Below, one piece after another: positions 20,229 to 31,056 of a stretch of 64,000 bases of DNA. How positions within the stretch are numbered: position 1 is the first letter of the stretch; the number at the start of each line of letters is the position of its first letter. Under the pieces are notes generated by a model. That model was given only the letters and a program-made list of their open reading frames with translations. It had not been told where the DNA came from and made no database searches. This DNA comes from Patescibacteria group bacterium (lineage in GTDB: Bacteria; Patescibacteriota; UBA1384; XYA2-FULL-43-10; 1-14-0-10-43-13), in contig JBAYHC010000001.1 of the NCBI GenBank assembly GCA_041666325.1, positions 265,708 to 329,707 on the forward strand. The letters run 5' to 3'. The position numbers were made by a program, and so were the translations under genes.

Positions 20229-21743
20229 ATGAAAAACAAACAGGTTGTCCTGATTGTTCTCGATGGCTGGGGTCACCGAGAAGAACAAGATCACAATGCC
20301 ATAGCCAAAGCAAAAACTCCCTTTTTTGATTATCTATGGGAAAATTTTCCCCATTCCTTGCTTGAGGCAAGCGGCGAACATGTCGGTCTGCCAGTAGGAC
20401 AAATGGGCAACTCGGAAATCGGCCATCTGACAATCGGCGCCGGTAAGATTATTGCGACCGATCTTGTCAGAATTTCCCAAGCCGTAAAAAACAGAGAGCT
20501 TTCTAATAACCCAGCCTTTTTGGAGTTGTTTGACCATGTCAGGAAACACAACTCGACACTTCACATTAAGGGCTTAGTCGGCCCGGGCGGCATTCACAGT
20601 CATTCTGAACACCTCTACGGCTTTCTCCACGCAGCCAAAGAGGCTGGCATTACCAAGATTGCCATCCATGCCTTTACTGACGGCCGTGACACTCCGCCCC
20701 AAAGCGCCACTCACTACCTAAAAGAATTAGAAGACTTAATTGAACACTTAGGAATTGGATTTATCGCCACCGTCTCAGGCCGATTTTATGCCATGGACCG
20801 TGATCATAACTGGGACCGACTGGCCAAGGCAGAAGAAGCTATTTTTGATGGTAAGGGAAAGACTGTTCGAGGCAAAAAACCTTCCCAAGTTCTAAAGGAT
20901 CTTTATCAGGAAGGTATACTTGATGAACACCTAGAACCGGTAATTTTTTTAGATGAGAACGGCCAAGATTACCAAGTACAAAAGAATGATGGCATCTTCT
21001 TCTTTAATTTTCGAGCAGATCGTGCTCGAATGCTAAGTCAGAGAATCTTTGAACGCAAGGCCGATTTAAATCTCTGCTATGTTTCTTTAACTGAGTATGA
21101 CCCAACGCACAATAGTCTTGTTGCTTTTCCACCAACCAGTATTGAAACTACCCTGGCAAAGGAAATTGATAGAGCAGGTTTAAACCAAGTACATATTGCT
21201 GAAACCGAAAAATTTGCTCACGCCACTTACTTTCTTAACGGCGGGCAAGAAAAACCTCACAGAAATGAGGAGCACATTCTCATTGAGAGTCGAAAGGACA
21301 TCAAAACTCACGATCAAGCGCCAGATATGAGAGCTGAGGAAATTGCAGACAGCATCATCGAATTTATTAGCAAGGACACAGATTTTATTTTTGCCAACTT
21401 TGCTAATCCTGATATGATTGGCCATACTGCCAATAGAGAAGCAATTATTCAAGCGATTGAATGTGTTGACCGGCAACTTGAGCGCATTGTTGAGAAAGCT
21501 TTGCAGCACAGGACAACAATGATAATCACCGCTGACCACGGAAATGCTGAAGTTAATTTTGACTCAGAAACGAGCGAAAAGCACACTGCACACACCACAA
21601 ACCCAGTGCCATTCATGGTCACTGATCCTAACTATGCATTAAGAAATGGCAACCTTGCAGACATTGCTCCGACAATATTAGAGATATTTAATTTGGCGAA
21701 GCCAAAACAAATGTCTGGAAAAAGCCTTCTAACTAGTCCCTAG
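20229..21743 (+). CDS. gpmI: 2,3-bisphosphoglycerate-independent phosphoglycerate mutase
   Basis: LDGWG, QMGNSEIGH, DGRDTPP, TADHGNAE. Confidence 0.97.
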   Translation: MKNKQVVLIVLDGWGHREEQDHNAIAKAKTPFFDYLWENFPHSLLEASGEHVGLPVGQMGNSEIGHLTIGAGKIIATDLVRISQAVKNRELSNNPAFLELFDHVRKHNSTLHIKGLVGPGGIHSHSEHLYGFLHAAKEAGITKIAIHAFTDGRDTPPQSATHYLKELEDLIEHLGIGFIATVSGRFYAMDRDHNWDRLAKAEEAIFDGKGKTVRGKKPSQVLKDLYQEGILDEHLEPVIFLDENGQDYQVQKNDGIFFFNFRADRARMLSQRIFERKADLNLCYVSLTEYDPTHNSLVAFPPTSIETTLAKEIDRAGLNQVHIAETEKFAHATYFLNGGQEKPHRNEEHILIESRKDIKTHDQAPDMRAEEIADSIIEFISKDTDFIFANFANPDMIGHTANREAIIQAIECVDRQLERIVEKALQHRTTMIITADHGNAEVNFDSETSEKHTAHTTNPVPFMVTDPNYALRNGNLADIAPTILEIFNLAKPKQMSGKSLLTSP

Positions 21744-21755
21744 GGAACGTACAAC

Positions 21756-21797
21756 CAAAACAAAAGAGTCCCAGTGCGTCGGGACTCTTTTGTTTTG
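21756..21797. terminator. Bidirectional terminator
   Basis: CAAAACAAAAGAGTCCC-AGTGCGTC-GGGACTCTTTTGTTTTG. Confidence 0.85.
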
Positions 21798-21805
21798 TGG
21801 CTCAA

Positions 21806-23005
21806 TTACTCGTAGCGCAAAGCGTCCAGCGGATTAAGCTTAACCGCTCGTTTGGCTGGATACCAGCCAGTTACAAAACCAATCAGAAGAGAAAAAATTG
21901 CAACCGCTACAGCAAACTGCCATGGAGTAGCAAAAACTGACACGGCTTCGCTGCCTGCCCGTTCGGCCAGCATGGTCAAAACACCATTGGTGGTATAGCC
22001 CAAGGCCTCGCCTATGGCCAGACCAAGCAAACCGCCTGCGACACCGATTATAAAAGATTCGGTGATGAATAACTTGTAAACATCTCTGTTGCGCATGCCA
22101 AGAGCTTTAAACAAGCCAACCTCGCGCATCCGCTCAAGCAGGCTTATAGTTAGAGTATTGAAAGCACCAAGAGCAGCAACCACTAGAGCGATTAAACCAA
22201 AGGCACCCAGAATCATTCTGAACAAGGAAAACACTTGAGCGATCTGGTTAACTGTATCCCCCACGTACTCACTCGACAAACCAATATTTTCCAGCTGCTG
22301 TCTAATACCGGCCACGCTATCGCGGTTGTCCGCTTTAAGCTTTAATGATGAATATTTGGTTGCATCATTTTTTGCTAAAAGCTCCAGAGGAACCAAAATT
22401 ATCGGCGTTTTGTCATCTTTGATTACACCGACCACCGTCGCCTGAATTCCTTCAGCCACCTTAATGCCGTCGATCTCATTGCTCCGAAGTTCTTTTGGAA
22501 TTATGATATCCAGGCTCAATTTTTGACCAATGATTGTGTCGGCACTTTCCCCCACCAGGCTAATAATTGATTGATTTACCGACACTTCGCTATCGCCGGC
22601 AGGAAGTTTTCCTTTGTCGGCATAGATGTCAGAGAGTTTCCAGTAATCAGCATCCGCACCTACAATTACCGTCTCAGTCGATGATGAACTATCGACTTTC
22701 TTGAGACGGCCAGCCAGATTAACAACTGGCGCAATCTTCTCAATGTGACCGAAATTTTGAACTTTTTCAACGATGGTTTGATTAATGCTCAAGGTTTTTA
22801 AGTTGGCCGAAGGGACATCAATGACGGTAAAGGCGTTAAAATTCGCCACCTGATTGGTCACCAACTGCTCAAGGCCATAACCAAGCGAGACCAAAAAGAC
22901 AATTGCGCCAATACCAATCGTTACACCCAGAACCGTCAAGGTTGTCCGCAACCTGTGCGACCAAAGATTCTTGAAAGCAATTGTAAAGATTATTCTTAGC
23001 CTCAT
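21806..23005 (-). CDS. MacB/FtsX-family ABC permease
   Basis: RTTLTVLGVTIG, ERMREVGLFKALG, YPAKRAVKLNPLDALRYE. Confidence 0.93.
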   Translation of the reverse strand: MRLRIIFTIAFKNLWSHRLRTTLTVLGVTIGIGAIVFLVSLGYGLEQLVTNQVANFNAFTVIDVPSANLKTLSINQTIVEKVQNFGHIEKIAPVVNLAGRLKKVDSSSSTETVIVGADADYWKLSDIYADKGKLPAGDSEVSVNQSIISLVGESADTIIGQKLSLDIIIPKELRSNEIDGIKVAEGIQATVVGVIKDDKTPIILVPLELLAKNDATKYSSLKLKADNRDSVAGIRQQLENIGLSSEYVGDTVNQIAQVFSLFRMILGAFGLIALVVAALGAFNTLTISLLERMREVGLFKALGMRNRDVYKLFITESFIIGVAGGLLGLAIGEALGYTTNGVLTMLAERAGSEAVSVFATPWQFAVAVAIFSLLIGFVTGWYPAKRAVKLNPLDALRYE

Positions 23006-23745
23006 AGCACCCCTTTTAGTTCTTCTTTGATTGCTTTTTTAATTTCTGATTCCCCGCCGGCCGCAATTACGCCATCACGCATTGCAATTTTTTTGGTTGC
23101 CATTGGCAAATAGATTAAATTGTGAGAAACCATAATAACTGTGCGTTTACTTTTTACTTGAAGAGATTGAAATAGATTCATTATTTCATCGGAGCTATGC
23201 GAGTCAAGATTGCCAGTTGGCTCATCCGCGACTATAATCCAAGGATTATTAACCAAGGCCCGAGCCAAACCAACCCTTTGTTGCTCGCCACCCGAAAGCT
23301 GCATCGGGCGCTTGCTCCAATATTTTGCCATCCCGACTTCTTCGAGAGATTTTATCGCCCGATTTTTCGCCGCGCTGGTTTTCTCGCCAGCAATCAATAG
23401 TGGCATCGCCACATTTTCCCAGACTGTTAGAGCTTTGATCCAAAAAGGTGACTGGTAGACCATGCCAAACTTCTCGGCGCGAAAAGCCGCTCGCTCCTCT
23501 TCTTTGAGTTTATAAATATCCGTTCCCCGGATTTTAACACTGCCATCGGTCGGCTTTTCTAAACCAACAATGGTGTGCAGCAGGGTTGATTTGCCGCAAC
23601 CAGACGGTCCATAAATTATAGCGAAATCTGTCGCCCTGATCTCCAAATCAAGACCAAGCAAAACCGGTGCCTTACGGCCGCCATCCAAAATATAGTCTTT
23701 CTTCAGACCAGAGATCTTGATAATTGTATCGTGAGACCCTTCCAA
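23002..23745 (-). CDS. LolD/MacB-type ABC ATP-binding protein
   Basis: GPSGCGKST, LSGGEQQRV, ADEPTGNLD. Confidence 0.95.
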   Translation of the reverse strand: MEGSHDTIIKISGLKKDYILDGGRKAPVLLGLDLEIRATDFAIIYGPSGCGKSTLLHTIVGLEKPTDGSVKIRGTDIYKLKEEERAAFRAEKFGMVYQSPFWIKALTVWENVAMPLLIAGEKTSAAKNRAIKSLEEVGMAKYWSKRPMQLSGGEQQRVGLARALVNNPWIIVADEPTGNLDSHSSDEIMNLFQSLQVKSKRTVIMVSHNLIYLPMATKKIAMRDGVIAAGGESEIKKAIKEELKGVL

Positions 23746-23771
23746 AATCCCTCCCAGCGGAAAACTTATAC

Positions 23772-26700
23772 TTATTGTAATTTTGTTCCAAAGGCACCAA
23801 AGATCCAGCCCAGCGAGCGCTGTAGCGAATTGAGAATAATATCGATAACTGATTTCTGGACTTTCCCTGTGATGGTGGTCGTATCCTCTGAAGCACCAAG
23901 GTTGCCGGCATTGTCATGGGAAACTGCCCGCAGATGATAAATCTTGCTGGGATCAAGTTCGGAGACAATTACCACGTGGCTGGTTGAGTAAGCCATATCC
24001 TCTTTGGTCTTGTTGGGGTAATCCTTGCCGGAAATGCCGGGACCATATTCAATCTGGCTGGTCGCCGGTTCATCAGTTTCCCAGGTAACAATAATCTGGG
24101 CTTTTTGAGCATCACTAATACCCGAAGCCTTGACCTCGGTTGTCATATTGTTAATCTTGGGCGGTCGGGAATCAAGGGGTGTTTTAAAGGTGTTTACATC
24201 AGAGGTAGCCTGATTACCAAACTGATCGCGGCTGATCGCCTGCAACTGGTATGTTTGTTGATCTACGAGACCCCTAATCACGATTTCGTGATCAGTCACA
24301 AATTGTGAAGTTGCTGACTCCTTTTTTTCTGCTTTGTCAGAAACGTAAGTCACCGCAGATGAGGCCGGAACGTTTGTTTTCCAGCCGACTTTGATTGAGG
24401 TTAGGGCTTCCTCGTTGGCCGTTTCAAAGCGCAAGTCAGAGATGCGAGGTTGAGCAATGGTCGTGAAGGCATGGCCTGGCGAGACTACTTCGTTATTATC
24501 AGCGTCTCTGATCGTAACCTTGACCTGGTAGGTTGTGCCATCTTGCAGATCAGACATCCGAACAACATGCTTGGTCGTCCCACCACCTGAGTCATCTTTG
24601 ATCGTCTGCCCATAATCCGTGGTCGCGCCATATTCAATGGTCGATGAAGATGCTTTGTTTGTATCAAAACTAAGAATCGTGGAATTTGTTGAAGTATCAC
24701 TGAATATAACATTGGCCAAAGCGGGAGCAGCAGTAGTTGTAAAAGTGTAATCAGCCGAGTAGCCAAGAGACTGGCTGTAGTCACGCAAGTCACCGGGATC
24801 CAAACTCTGGGTCTTGAAGTGGTAGAGTGTGCCGGGGGCCAAGCCGGTAATTTTGACCGAATGATCAGTTTTTTCTTCACGGGCGCCCAAACTTAGACCA
24901 TAACTTGTCGTCGTGCCATACTCGACAAAGGCATCTGATTTGCGATCAGTGGTCCAAGTAATCTCGGCACTGGTTGCCCCAGCGACTGCTTCGACGCTAT
25001 CAGCATCAATCGTCGGCGGTGCGGTGTATTTGCCGGTTGGCTGTTTACTAACAATGCCGCCGGCTCCCGGATCTGCCGATACGGCTCCGGCTGAATCCTT
25101 GGCATATATTTTATAATAATAGGTTGTCTCTGAGGATAAATCGGAATCAATATAGCCGGTTGAAGCAACGCTGCCAACCGAAGAAAAGCTCGTTCCATCG
25201 GTTGAACGATGGACAATATACTGAGAAACATCTCCGCCCGATGATGGTGCGGACCAGGTCAATGTTAAGCGGTATTCGCTCGTTGCCCGGCTTGAGCTGT
25301 CAGTCAAGAGAATACTTGTGGGAATCCCCGGGGCAGTTGTGCTGACATAAAAATCCACACTACCATACAAATTGTAGTTAATCTGCTCCGTTTCATCCTC
25401 GGCCACCACGTAGAACGTGTTCTTCCCCTGCTGGGTAGCATAAGCATCGGTCGCGAGCGAGGTAGCTGTCGTCACAGTTGTATTGGTAGCCGTTGGCAGA
25501 GCGTTAATTGAATAACGATAACGCTTGATCGAACCACTATAGGTCTGAGGAATGGCCCACTGAAAGGAAACATCGTTGGCTAGAAGCGGAGCGCCCTCAC
25601 TGCTTGCCGGCAGGGCACTTACTGCCGTTGGCGCCGAGGCGCCCTCACCAGCGTAGTAGTACGAAACTGATGCCTCAGATGATGTATTGCCGGCATTATC
25701 AACCACTCGCAAGTAAAATGTGTTGACGCCGCTTTGGTATGCGGCTCCAGAAAGTGCGACCTGGGTTTCGGTTGTTGTGCTTGACCAATTTGAATAGCTG
25801 CCAGATGAGGCACCAGTCTTGTATTGATAGCCGGCAATACTCGAGCCAGTCGTTGGCGCTCCTGGGTCGGTGGCTGCCGAACTGCCGCCATTGGGCCAGA
25901 GAAAAGTAAAAGTCGTGCTGGTAGTAAAGCCGGAGGGCGAGGCTGACACGATTGATGGAGGCGTCGGTGCCGCTGCATCATATTTGTAAGTGAAAGCAGC
26001 ATAAGCACTCTCGGGATAATTTTCTGCCCTGTCTTTAGCCAGAACCCGCAGATAGTAAGTCGTGCCGTTAGCAATAGCCGCGGTGTCAGTGCCAATAATT
26101 ATTGCGGTACCGCTTTGGAAATGAATGCCGGTTCCGCCCACTTCGGTGGCGATGCCTCGGGTTGTCCTTGGGTCAGCACTGTCGGAAGTACCGAAGTAAA
26201 CCCAATACCCTTCGATTCCACTACCAGCATCTGAGCCGTCGCCCCAAGTAAACTTAGGTGCTGCGTAATTGTACCAATTTCCGCTTGTAAGCTCTGTTGA
26301 GCCGCCATCGGCGTTAATTGCAGTTAAAGATGCCGGATTCGTCGGATTGGTAGTATCTGCCGTATATTGAACCTCAACACTACTCAAAACAACTTGCTGA
26401 CTACCACTACCAGTCAAAATCGCCTGCCACAGCAGTCCAACGTTAGATACGGAAAAAGTGGCAATATTAGCGTGAATATCCGCCTCACTATTAGCATTAG
26501 CCAGCGAGTTTGATGCTACCCAAGCTGAACTATTCCAATATTTCCAGCTTGTTCCGTTGTCATCAGATAATCGATAAGTAATCGTGCCACCATTGAGTGT
26601 TTCTTCGGCCACAAAACCGCTCCAGGCACCGACGTCTGAATCATCAACCGCACTCGTTGGCTGAATGGTTTGAGCCGAGTTAGTATAAGGGCTGGTTGTA

Positions 26701-29700
26701 AATGAAGTCCTTGCAGTATTGCTTATCCGGACTTCATCGATCATTCCAGCGAGTTTGCCAAGAGTTAATCCTGCCCCGGTGGTGCCCTGAGCGCCACCAA
26801 TATAGAGTGAATATGCGCTGTCTGCTAAAGTAACCGAACCAAAAGCAGTTGCAGAATCCTCTAATCCATCCACATAGATTTTGGCCGTCGCGCCATCGTA
26901 GGTGGCAGCGATGTGGTACCAACCAGCATCCCAGCTAGACCTAGATGATGCAGCAATCTTGTTGTCACCATACGACCAGATCTCGCCATCACCGGCCCCA
27001 GTGCCAAGACCGGCAATAAGTTTGCCATTGTAAACGGTCATTGATTGAACATCTTCATAATTACCGGTCACCCAACTGACGCCAACAGTATCTCCCCCAA
27101 CTTTTGTCCAGCTTGAACCATCGTATTTCCAGATTTCAGCGTCGCCAGCAGAGCTGCCCAAACCAGCATAGAGCTCGCCATTATAGCTAACTAGAGAACT
27201 CACTTTTTCATAGTCGGTATTCCAGCTATTGTTTAAACCATCGCCCCCTATCTTGGCCCAGGCAGAACCATTCCAAGACCAAACCTCTGCTTCACCGGCA
27301 CTACCCCAGCCCAATCCGGCATACAATACCCCTTGATTGATCGCCAAAGAAGCCACTCCTTCATGAGGGCCATCGGACCAGGTATCATTAAGTCCGTCTC
27401 CACCAAGCTTAGTCCAAGTAGAACCATTCCACTTCCAGACTTCCGGATCAGTAGTATATGCACTGCCTAACCCCACTAAAACATTAGAGCCAGAGACTAA
27501 AATAGTATCGATGATTTCATAGGTAGCATCCGCCCAGCTAGAATTGACGGTGTCGCCGCCAATTTTGCTCCAAGTCGAGCCGTCCCATTTCCAAAGCTCA
27601 GCCTCCCCAGTCGAATAACCAAGACCGGCATACAAATTCGTTCCGTCAGAGGCAAGGGATCGGGCTCGTTCATAGGTAGTATCCGCCCAGCTAGAATTGA
27701 CGGTGTCGCCGCCAATTTTGCTCCAAGTCGAGCCGTTGTAGCGCCAGACCTCGGCATCACCAGCACCATCGCCCAACCCAGCATAGAGATAAGTTGCGTC
27801 CGAGGTCATCGAGAAAACAGTCTCATAGGTGGAATCCGCCCAGCTAGAATTGACGGTGTCGCCGCCAATTTTGCTCCAAGTCGAGCCGCTCCACTTCCAA
27901 ACCTCCGCTTCACCGCTACTGGTACCCAAACCAGCGTATAGATTACCCCCAAAATAATTCATCGAACTGACAGAATCATAACCGGAATTCCAACCAGAAT
28001 TGGTGTTATCACCACCAATCTTGGTCCAAGCAGATCCACTCCAAGACCAAACTTCTCCGTCGCCACTACCAGTACCCAAACCGGCATATAGATTAGTACC
28101 GTCACCCACCATCGAAATAACATATTCATATCCAGTACTCCAACCCGAGTTCAAGCCATCGCCACCAATCTTGGCCCAAGAAGTGCCATTGTAGCGCCAA
28201 ACCTCGGCATCTCCCGATGTCTGGCCCAAGCCTGCATAGAGATAAGTAGCATCCGCGTAGAGTGAGTAGACCGATTCATAGGTAGCTCCCGCCCACGATG
28301 AATTGGTGCCATTTCCCCCAATCGGAGTCCAGGCACCGGTCGAACCGTCATATTCATAAACAACCGCATCGCCAGGCGATGTTCCATGAAGACCAAAATA
28401 CTGTTTATTATTATAATTAGCCGAAGACATAACATCGCTCTCATAACCAGGCCCCCAGCTTTTATAGGCGCTTCGTCCACCAATCATCTCCCATGCTGAG
28501 CCATTGTAGCGCCAAACCTCCGCATCCGTGTACGACGTTCCTCCTGAACCATACAGAGCGACGTATAAAAATTGATTATCAGTAACAGCATTAACAACAT
28601 AAAGCGTAGTGTTCCACGATGAATTTGCTCCATCGCCGCCAACTTTGGTCCAAGCCGAGCCGTTCCAGGACCAGACTTCTCCATCGCCGCTGCTTATGCC
28701 ACCAACTCCGGCATATAGGCTTCCCTGGAAATTAGCCAGGGTTTTAACGTTCCCGTATGTGCCTGCATTCCACGATGAATTTGCTCCATCGCCGCCAACT
28801 TTGGTCCAAGCCGAGCCGTTCCAGGACCAGACTTCGGCGTCTTGACCCGCAGTCCCAGATGTTCCTACATATAGAGCACCGCCCATTTCCTGGAGAGAGC
28901 TAATAGCATCAATAGTCTCGTCCCACCCTCCATTAATACCGCCGCCGCCAATCATTGACCAAGACGTACCGTCGTATTGCCAGACACTTGCTTGCTTGCT
29001 AGCAGATCCATTGCCCCAAATACCAGAGCCGGCATAGAGTTTACCATTCCCCACCGTAATAGCATCTATCTCTACCAGCTGCGGCGCGAACCAGGAATTT
29101 GTATCACGACCTCCAATGGCTGCCCAGCTAGACCCGTTCCACTTCCACACCGTACCCTCATTGACATCGCCACCCAACCCAGCATAGAGATCAGTCCCGA
29201 TCACGCTCATGCTATAAACTCTATTTTCTATCCCTGTCCATCCGGAATTAGTATTATCGCCGCCAATCTTAGTCCAGGCGGAACCGCTCCAAGACCAAAC
29301 CTCAGCATCACCGCTCGAGTCACCAAGGCCAACAACCACAGAGCTACCTAGGGCAGTAATTGCATAAACACTTTCGTAATTGGTAGTCCATCCGGAATTG
29401 ATACTGTCGCCACCGATCTTAGTCCATGTTGTGCCATCATAAATCCAGACTTCAGCATCATTACCACTAGTTGAAAGACCGGCATAAAGAGTAGTACCTA
29501 TATATGCCAGCGAGGTTATTTGTTCATAAGTAGCATCGGCCCAGGAGCTATTAGCAGCGTCACCGCCGATTTTTGTCCAGGTGGTACCGTCATAGCCCCA
29601 GACTTCAGCATCGCCAGCTGAAGCGCCAAGACCCGCGTAAAGCGTGGTGGACCCATTGGTAGCAAGCGACCAAACACTTTCATAACTCGTGGCCCAGGAA

Positions 29701-30893
29701 GAGCCTACCCCATCACCGCCGATTTTTGTCCAGGAACTACCATCATAACTCCAAACTTCGGCATCTCCAGCATAGGCAGAATATATTGAAGCACAAAGAG
29801 TATTGGCATAAACAACGAGATCCCTTACTAAATAATAGCTGTTAGAGGCCGAGCTCCAACTACTGTTTTGACCATCACCACCGATTTTGGTCCAGGATGT
29901 GCCATCATACTTCCACACCTCACCGTCATAAGAGCTGCTCCCCAAACCTGAATAAAGCTCATTATTATATACTGCGAGGCCATAAACCCCTTCATAATCA
30001 GCCCCATTCCAGGAGCTGCGGACACCATCTCCGCCAATTTTTGTCCAGGATGACCCACTCCCGCTATATTTCCAGACTTCACCTGCACCAGCAGCACCGA
30101 CCAATCCAGCATAGAGCTCGTTGTTCCAGACGACTGTTGAGCTTACATAGTTTGTGCCGTGATCAGACCAATCACCATTCCCCACCCCCTCAGCAAGCTT
30201 ACTCCAGCTTTTGGCCGTATTGGGGGTTAAATCAAATTTTAACTTACCATCTGTATCGTCAAAATATAGCTTATAGTTGCCCTTATCAAAGACGCTAGCA
30301 GGAACACTTTGGGTACTGTCAAAGGCACTATTAAACTTAACATAGGCTTCGAGTGTCATAGCACCAGAGAGAGACGTGGTGCTTGAGTCAGCTACCGTAG
30401 CAACACTGCCCAAGCCACTGCCAGTAAATGATGTTCCGTTACCAGCCTTTCCTGAAGCAAAGCTGGCGCCGCTGCCGAGAGTAGCAGTGTTACTATTACC
30501 AGATGAATCAGTTGCGCTTGTCCCCTCCGTCTCGTCAAAGTGCCAAAGCGCGTTAGTGTTGTCATCGTCGCTTAGCTGCTGCAATTTATGGCGGGCTGAA
30601 TTGGACACAATCTCAAGATTGGAGCTGTTATAGGTGTAGTCAGACGAATTGCCAAATGTCCAAGTATTGGCAGCTGCATAAGCGTTTGTACTGCCACCAA
30701 AAAACGACTGGAACAAAATAGAAGTTATCAAGAGGACATAAATTGCCAGTGCCCCAAAATGAACCCTTTGGTGGTGTGGATTATGATGCCAATTATGATA
30801 GAGGGTTGATTTAGATAGCAAAAAATCATGCGCTTTGCTTAAGTGTCTGATCCTAGTCTTAGAACAGTTTGTATGCAAACACTTCCCCAACAT
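23772..30893 (-). CDS. Giant surface protein: LamG domain interrupted by 21 beta-propeller-type repeats, followed by FN3-like domains
   Basis: WHFDE...TLEAYVK and WYHIAATYDG...IDEVRIS LamG halves flank ~51-aa LYAGLG..GDAEVW.Y.G..W.KIGGD repeats; C-terminal ITWTTD..S.VEYG...H.V.I.GL FN3-type units. Confidence 0.88.
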   Translation of the reverse strand: MLGKCLHTNCSKTRIRHLSKAHDFLLSKSTLYHNWHHNPHHQRVHFGALAIYVLLITSILFQSFFGGSTNAYAAANTWTFGNSSDYTYNSSNLEIVSNSARHKLQQLSDDDNTNALWHFDETEGTSATDSSGNSNTATLGSGASFASGKAGNGTSFTGSGLGSVATVADSSTTSLSGAMTLEAYVKFNSAFDSTQSVPASVFDKGNYKLYFDDTDGKLKFDLTPNTAKSWSKLAEGVGNGDWSDHGTNYVSSTVVWNNELYAGLVGAAGAGEVWKYSGSGSSWTKIGGDGVRSSWNGADYEGVYGLAVYNNELYSGLGSSSYDGEVWKYDGTSWTKIGGDGQNSSWSSASNSYYLVRDLVVYANTLCASIYSAYAGDAEVWSYDGSSWTKIGGDGVGSSWATSYESVWSLATNGSTTLYAGLGASAGDAEVWGYDGTTWTKIGGDAANSSWADATYEQITSLAYIGTTLYAGLSTSGNDAEVWIYDGTTWTKIGGDSINSGWTTNYESVYAITALGSSVVVGLGDSSGDAEVWSWSGSAWTKIGGDNTNSGWTGIENRVYSMSVIGTDLYAGLGGDVNEGTVWKWNGSSWAAIGGRDTNSWFAPQLVEIDAITVGNGKLYAGSGIWGNGSASKQASVWQYDGTSWSMIGGGGINGGWDETIDAISSLQEMGGALYVGTSGTAGQDAEVWSWNGSAWTKVGGDGANSSWNAGTYGNVKTLANFQGSLYAGVGGISSGDGEVWSWNGSAWTKVGGDGANSSWNTTLYVVNAVTDNQFLYVALYGSGGTSYTDAEVWRYNGSAWEMIGGRSAYKSWGPGYESDVMSSANYNNKQYFGLHGTSPGDAVVYEYDGSTGAWTPIGGNGTNSSWAGATYESVYSLYADATYLYAGLGQTSGDAEVWRYNGTSWAKIGGDGLNSGWSTGYEYVISMVGDGTNLYAGLGTGSGDGEVWSWSGSAWTKIGGDNTNSGWNSGYDSVSSMNYFGGNLYAGLGTSSGEAEVWKWSGSTWSKIGGDTVNSSWADSTYETVFSMTSDATYLYAGLGDGAGDAEVWRYNGSTWSKIGGDTVNSSWADTTYERARSLASDGTNLYAGLGYSTGEAELWKWDGSTWSKIGGDTVNSSWADATYEIIDTILVSGSNVLVGLGSAYTTDPEVWKWNGSTWTKLGGDGLNDTWSDGPHEGVASLAINQGVLYAGLGWGSAGEAEVWSWNGSAWAKIGGDGLNNSWNTDYEKVSSLVSYNGELYAGLGSSAGDAEIWKYDGSSWTKVGGDTVGVSWVTGNYEDVQSMTVYNGKLIAGLGTGAGDGEIWSYGDNKIAASSRSSWDAGWYHIAATYDGATAKIYVDGLEDSATAFGSVTLADSAYSLYIGGAQGTTGAGLTLGKLAGMIDEVRISNTARTSFTTSPYTNSAQTIQPTSAVDDSDVGAWSGFVAEETLNGGTITYRLSDDNGTSWKYWNSSAWVASNSLANANSEADIHANIATFSVSNVGLLWQAILTGSGSQQVVLSSVEVQYTADTTNPTNPASLTAINADGGSTELTSGNWYNYAAPKFTWGDGSDAGSGIEGYWVYFGTSDSADPRTTRGIATEVGGTGIHFQSGTAIIIGTDTAAIANGTTYYLRVLAKDRAENYPESAYAAFTYKYDAAAPTPPSIVSASPSGFTTSTTFTFLWPNGGSSAATDPGAPTTGSSIAGYQYKTGASSGSYSNWSSTTTETQVALSGAAYQSGVNTFYLRVVDNAGNTSSEASVSYYYAGEGASAPTAVSALPASSEGAPLLANDVSFQWAIPQTYSGSIKRYRYSINALPTATNTTVTTATSLATDAYATQQGKNTFYVVAEDETEQINYNLYGSVDFYVSTTAPGIPTSILLTDSSSRATSEYRLTLTWSAPSSGGDVSQYIVHRSTDGTSFSSVGSVASTGYIDSDLSSETTYYYKIYAKDSAGAVSADPGAGGIVSKQPTGKYTAPPTIDADSVEAVAGATSAEITWTTDRKSDAFVEYGTTTSYGLSLGAREEKTDHSVKITGLAPGTLYHFKTQSLDPGDLRDYSQSLGYSADYTFTTTAAPALANVIFSDTSTNSTILSFDTNKASSSTIEYGATTDYGQTIKDDSGGGTTKHVVRMSDLQDGTTYQVKVTIRDADNNEVVSPGHAFTTIAQPRISDLRFETANEEALTSIKVGWKTNVPASSAVTYVSDKAEKKESATSQFVTDHEIVIRGLVDQQTYQLQAISRDQFGNQATSDVNTFKTPLDSRPPKINNMTTEVKASGISDAQKAQIIVTWETDEPATSQIEYGPGISGKDYPNKTKEDMAYSTSHVVIVSELDPSKIYHLRAVSHDNAGNLGASEDTTTITGKVQKSVIDIILNSLQRSLGWIFGAFGTKLQ
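26965..30210 (-). repeat. Coding tandem repeat (21 units of ~150-165 bp)
   Basis: 21 EVW-type motifs counted; identical 55-bp blocks at 27528/27681/27834 and 68-bp blocks at 28612/28768. Confidence 0.9.
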
Positions 30894-31056
30894 CCCTCCA
30901 TAGAATCAAAAAACGATCCGCACAAATTGCTATCTACTATTCTACCAAAACTTTCAGAAAACACAAAGGTTGGATCTCGATGAATAAGCGCCGGAAAAAA
31001 ATTCCATCCCCACCGTCTCTTGCTTCCCCTCTACTCTATCTTCTAGCGGCAAATAG

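Noticed and set aside
26965-30210. Diversity-generating retroelement TR/VR pair
   Set aside because: The repeats are in-frame tandem coding units, differences are not adenine-specific, and no reverse transcriptase is present.
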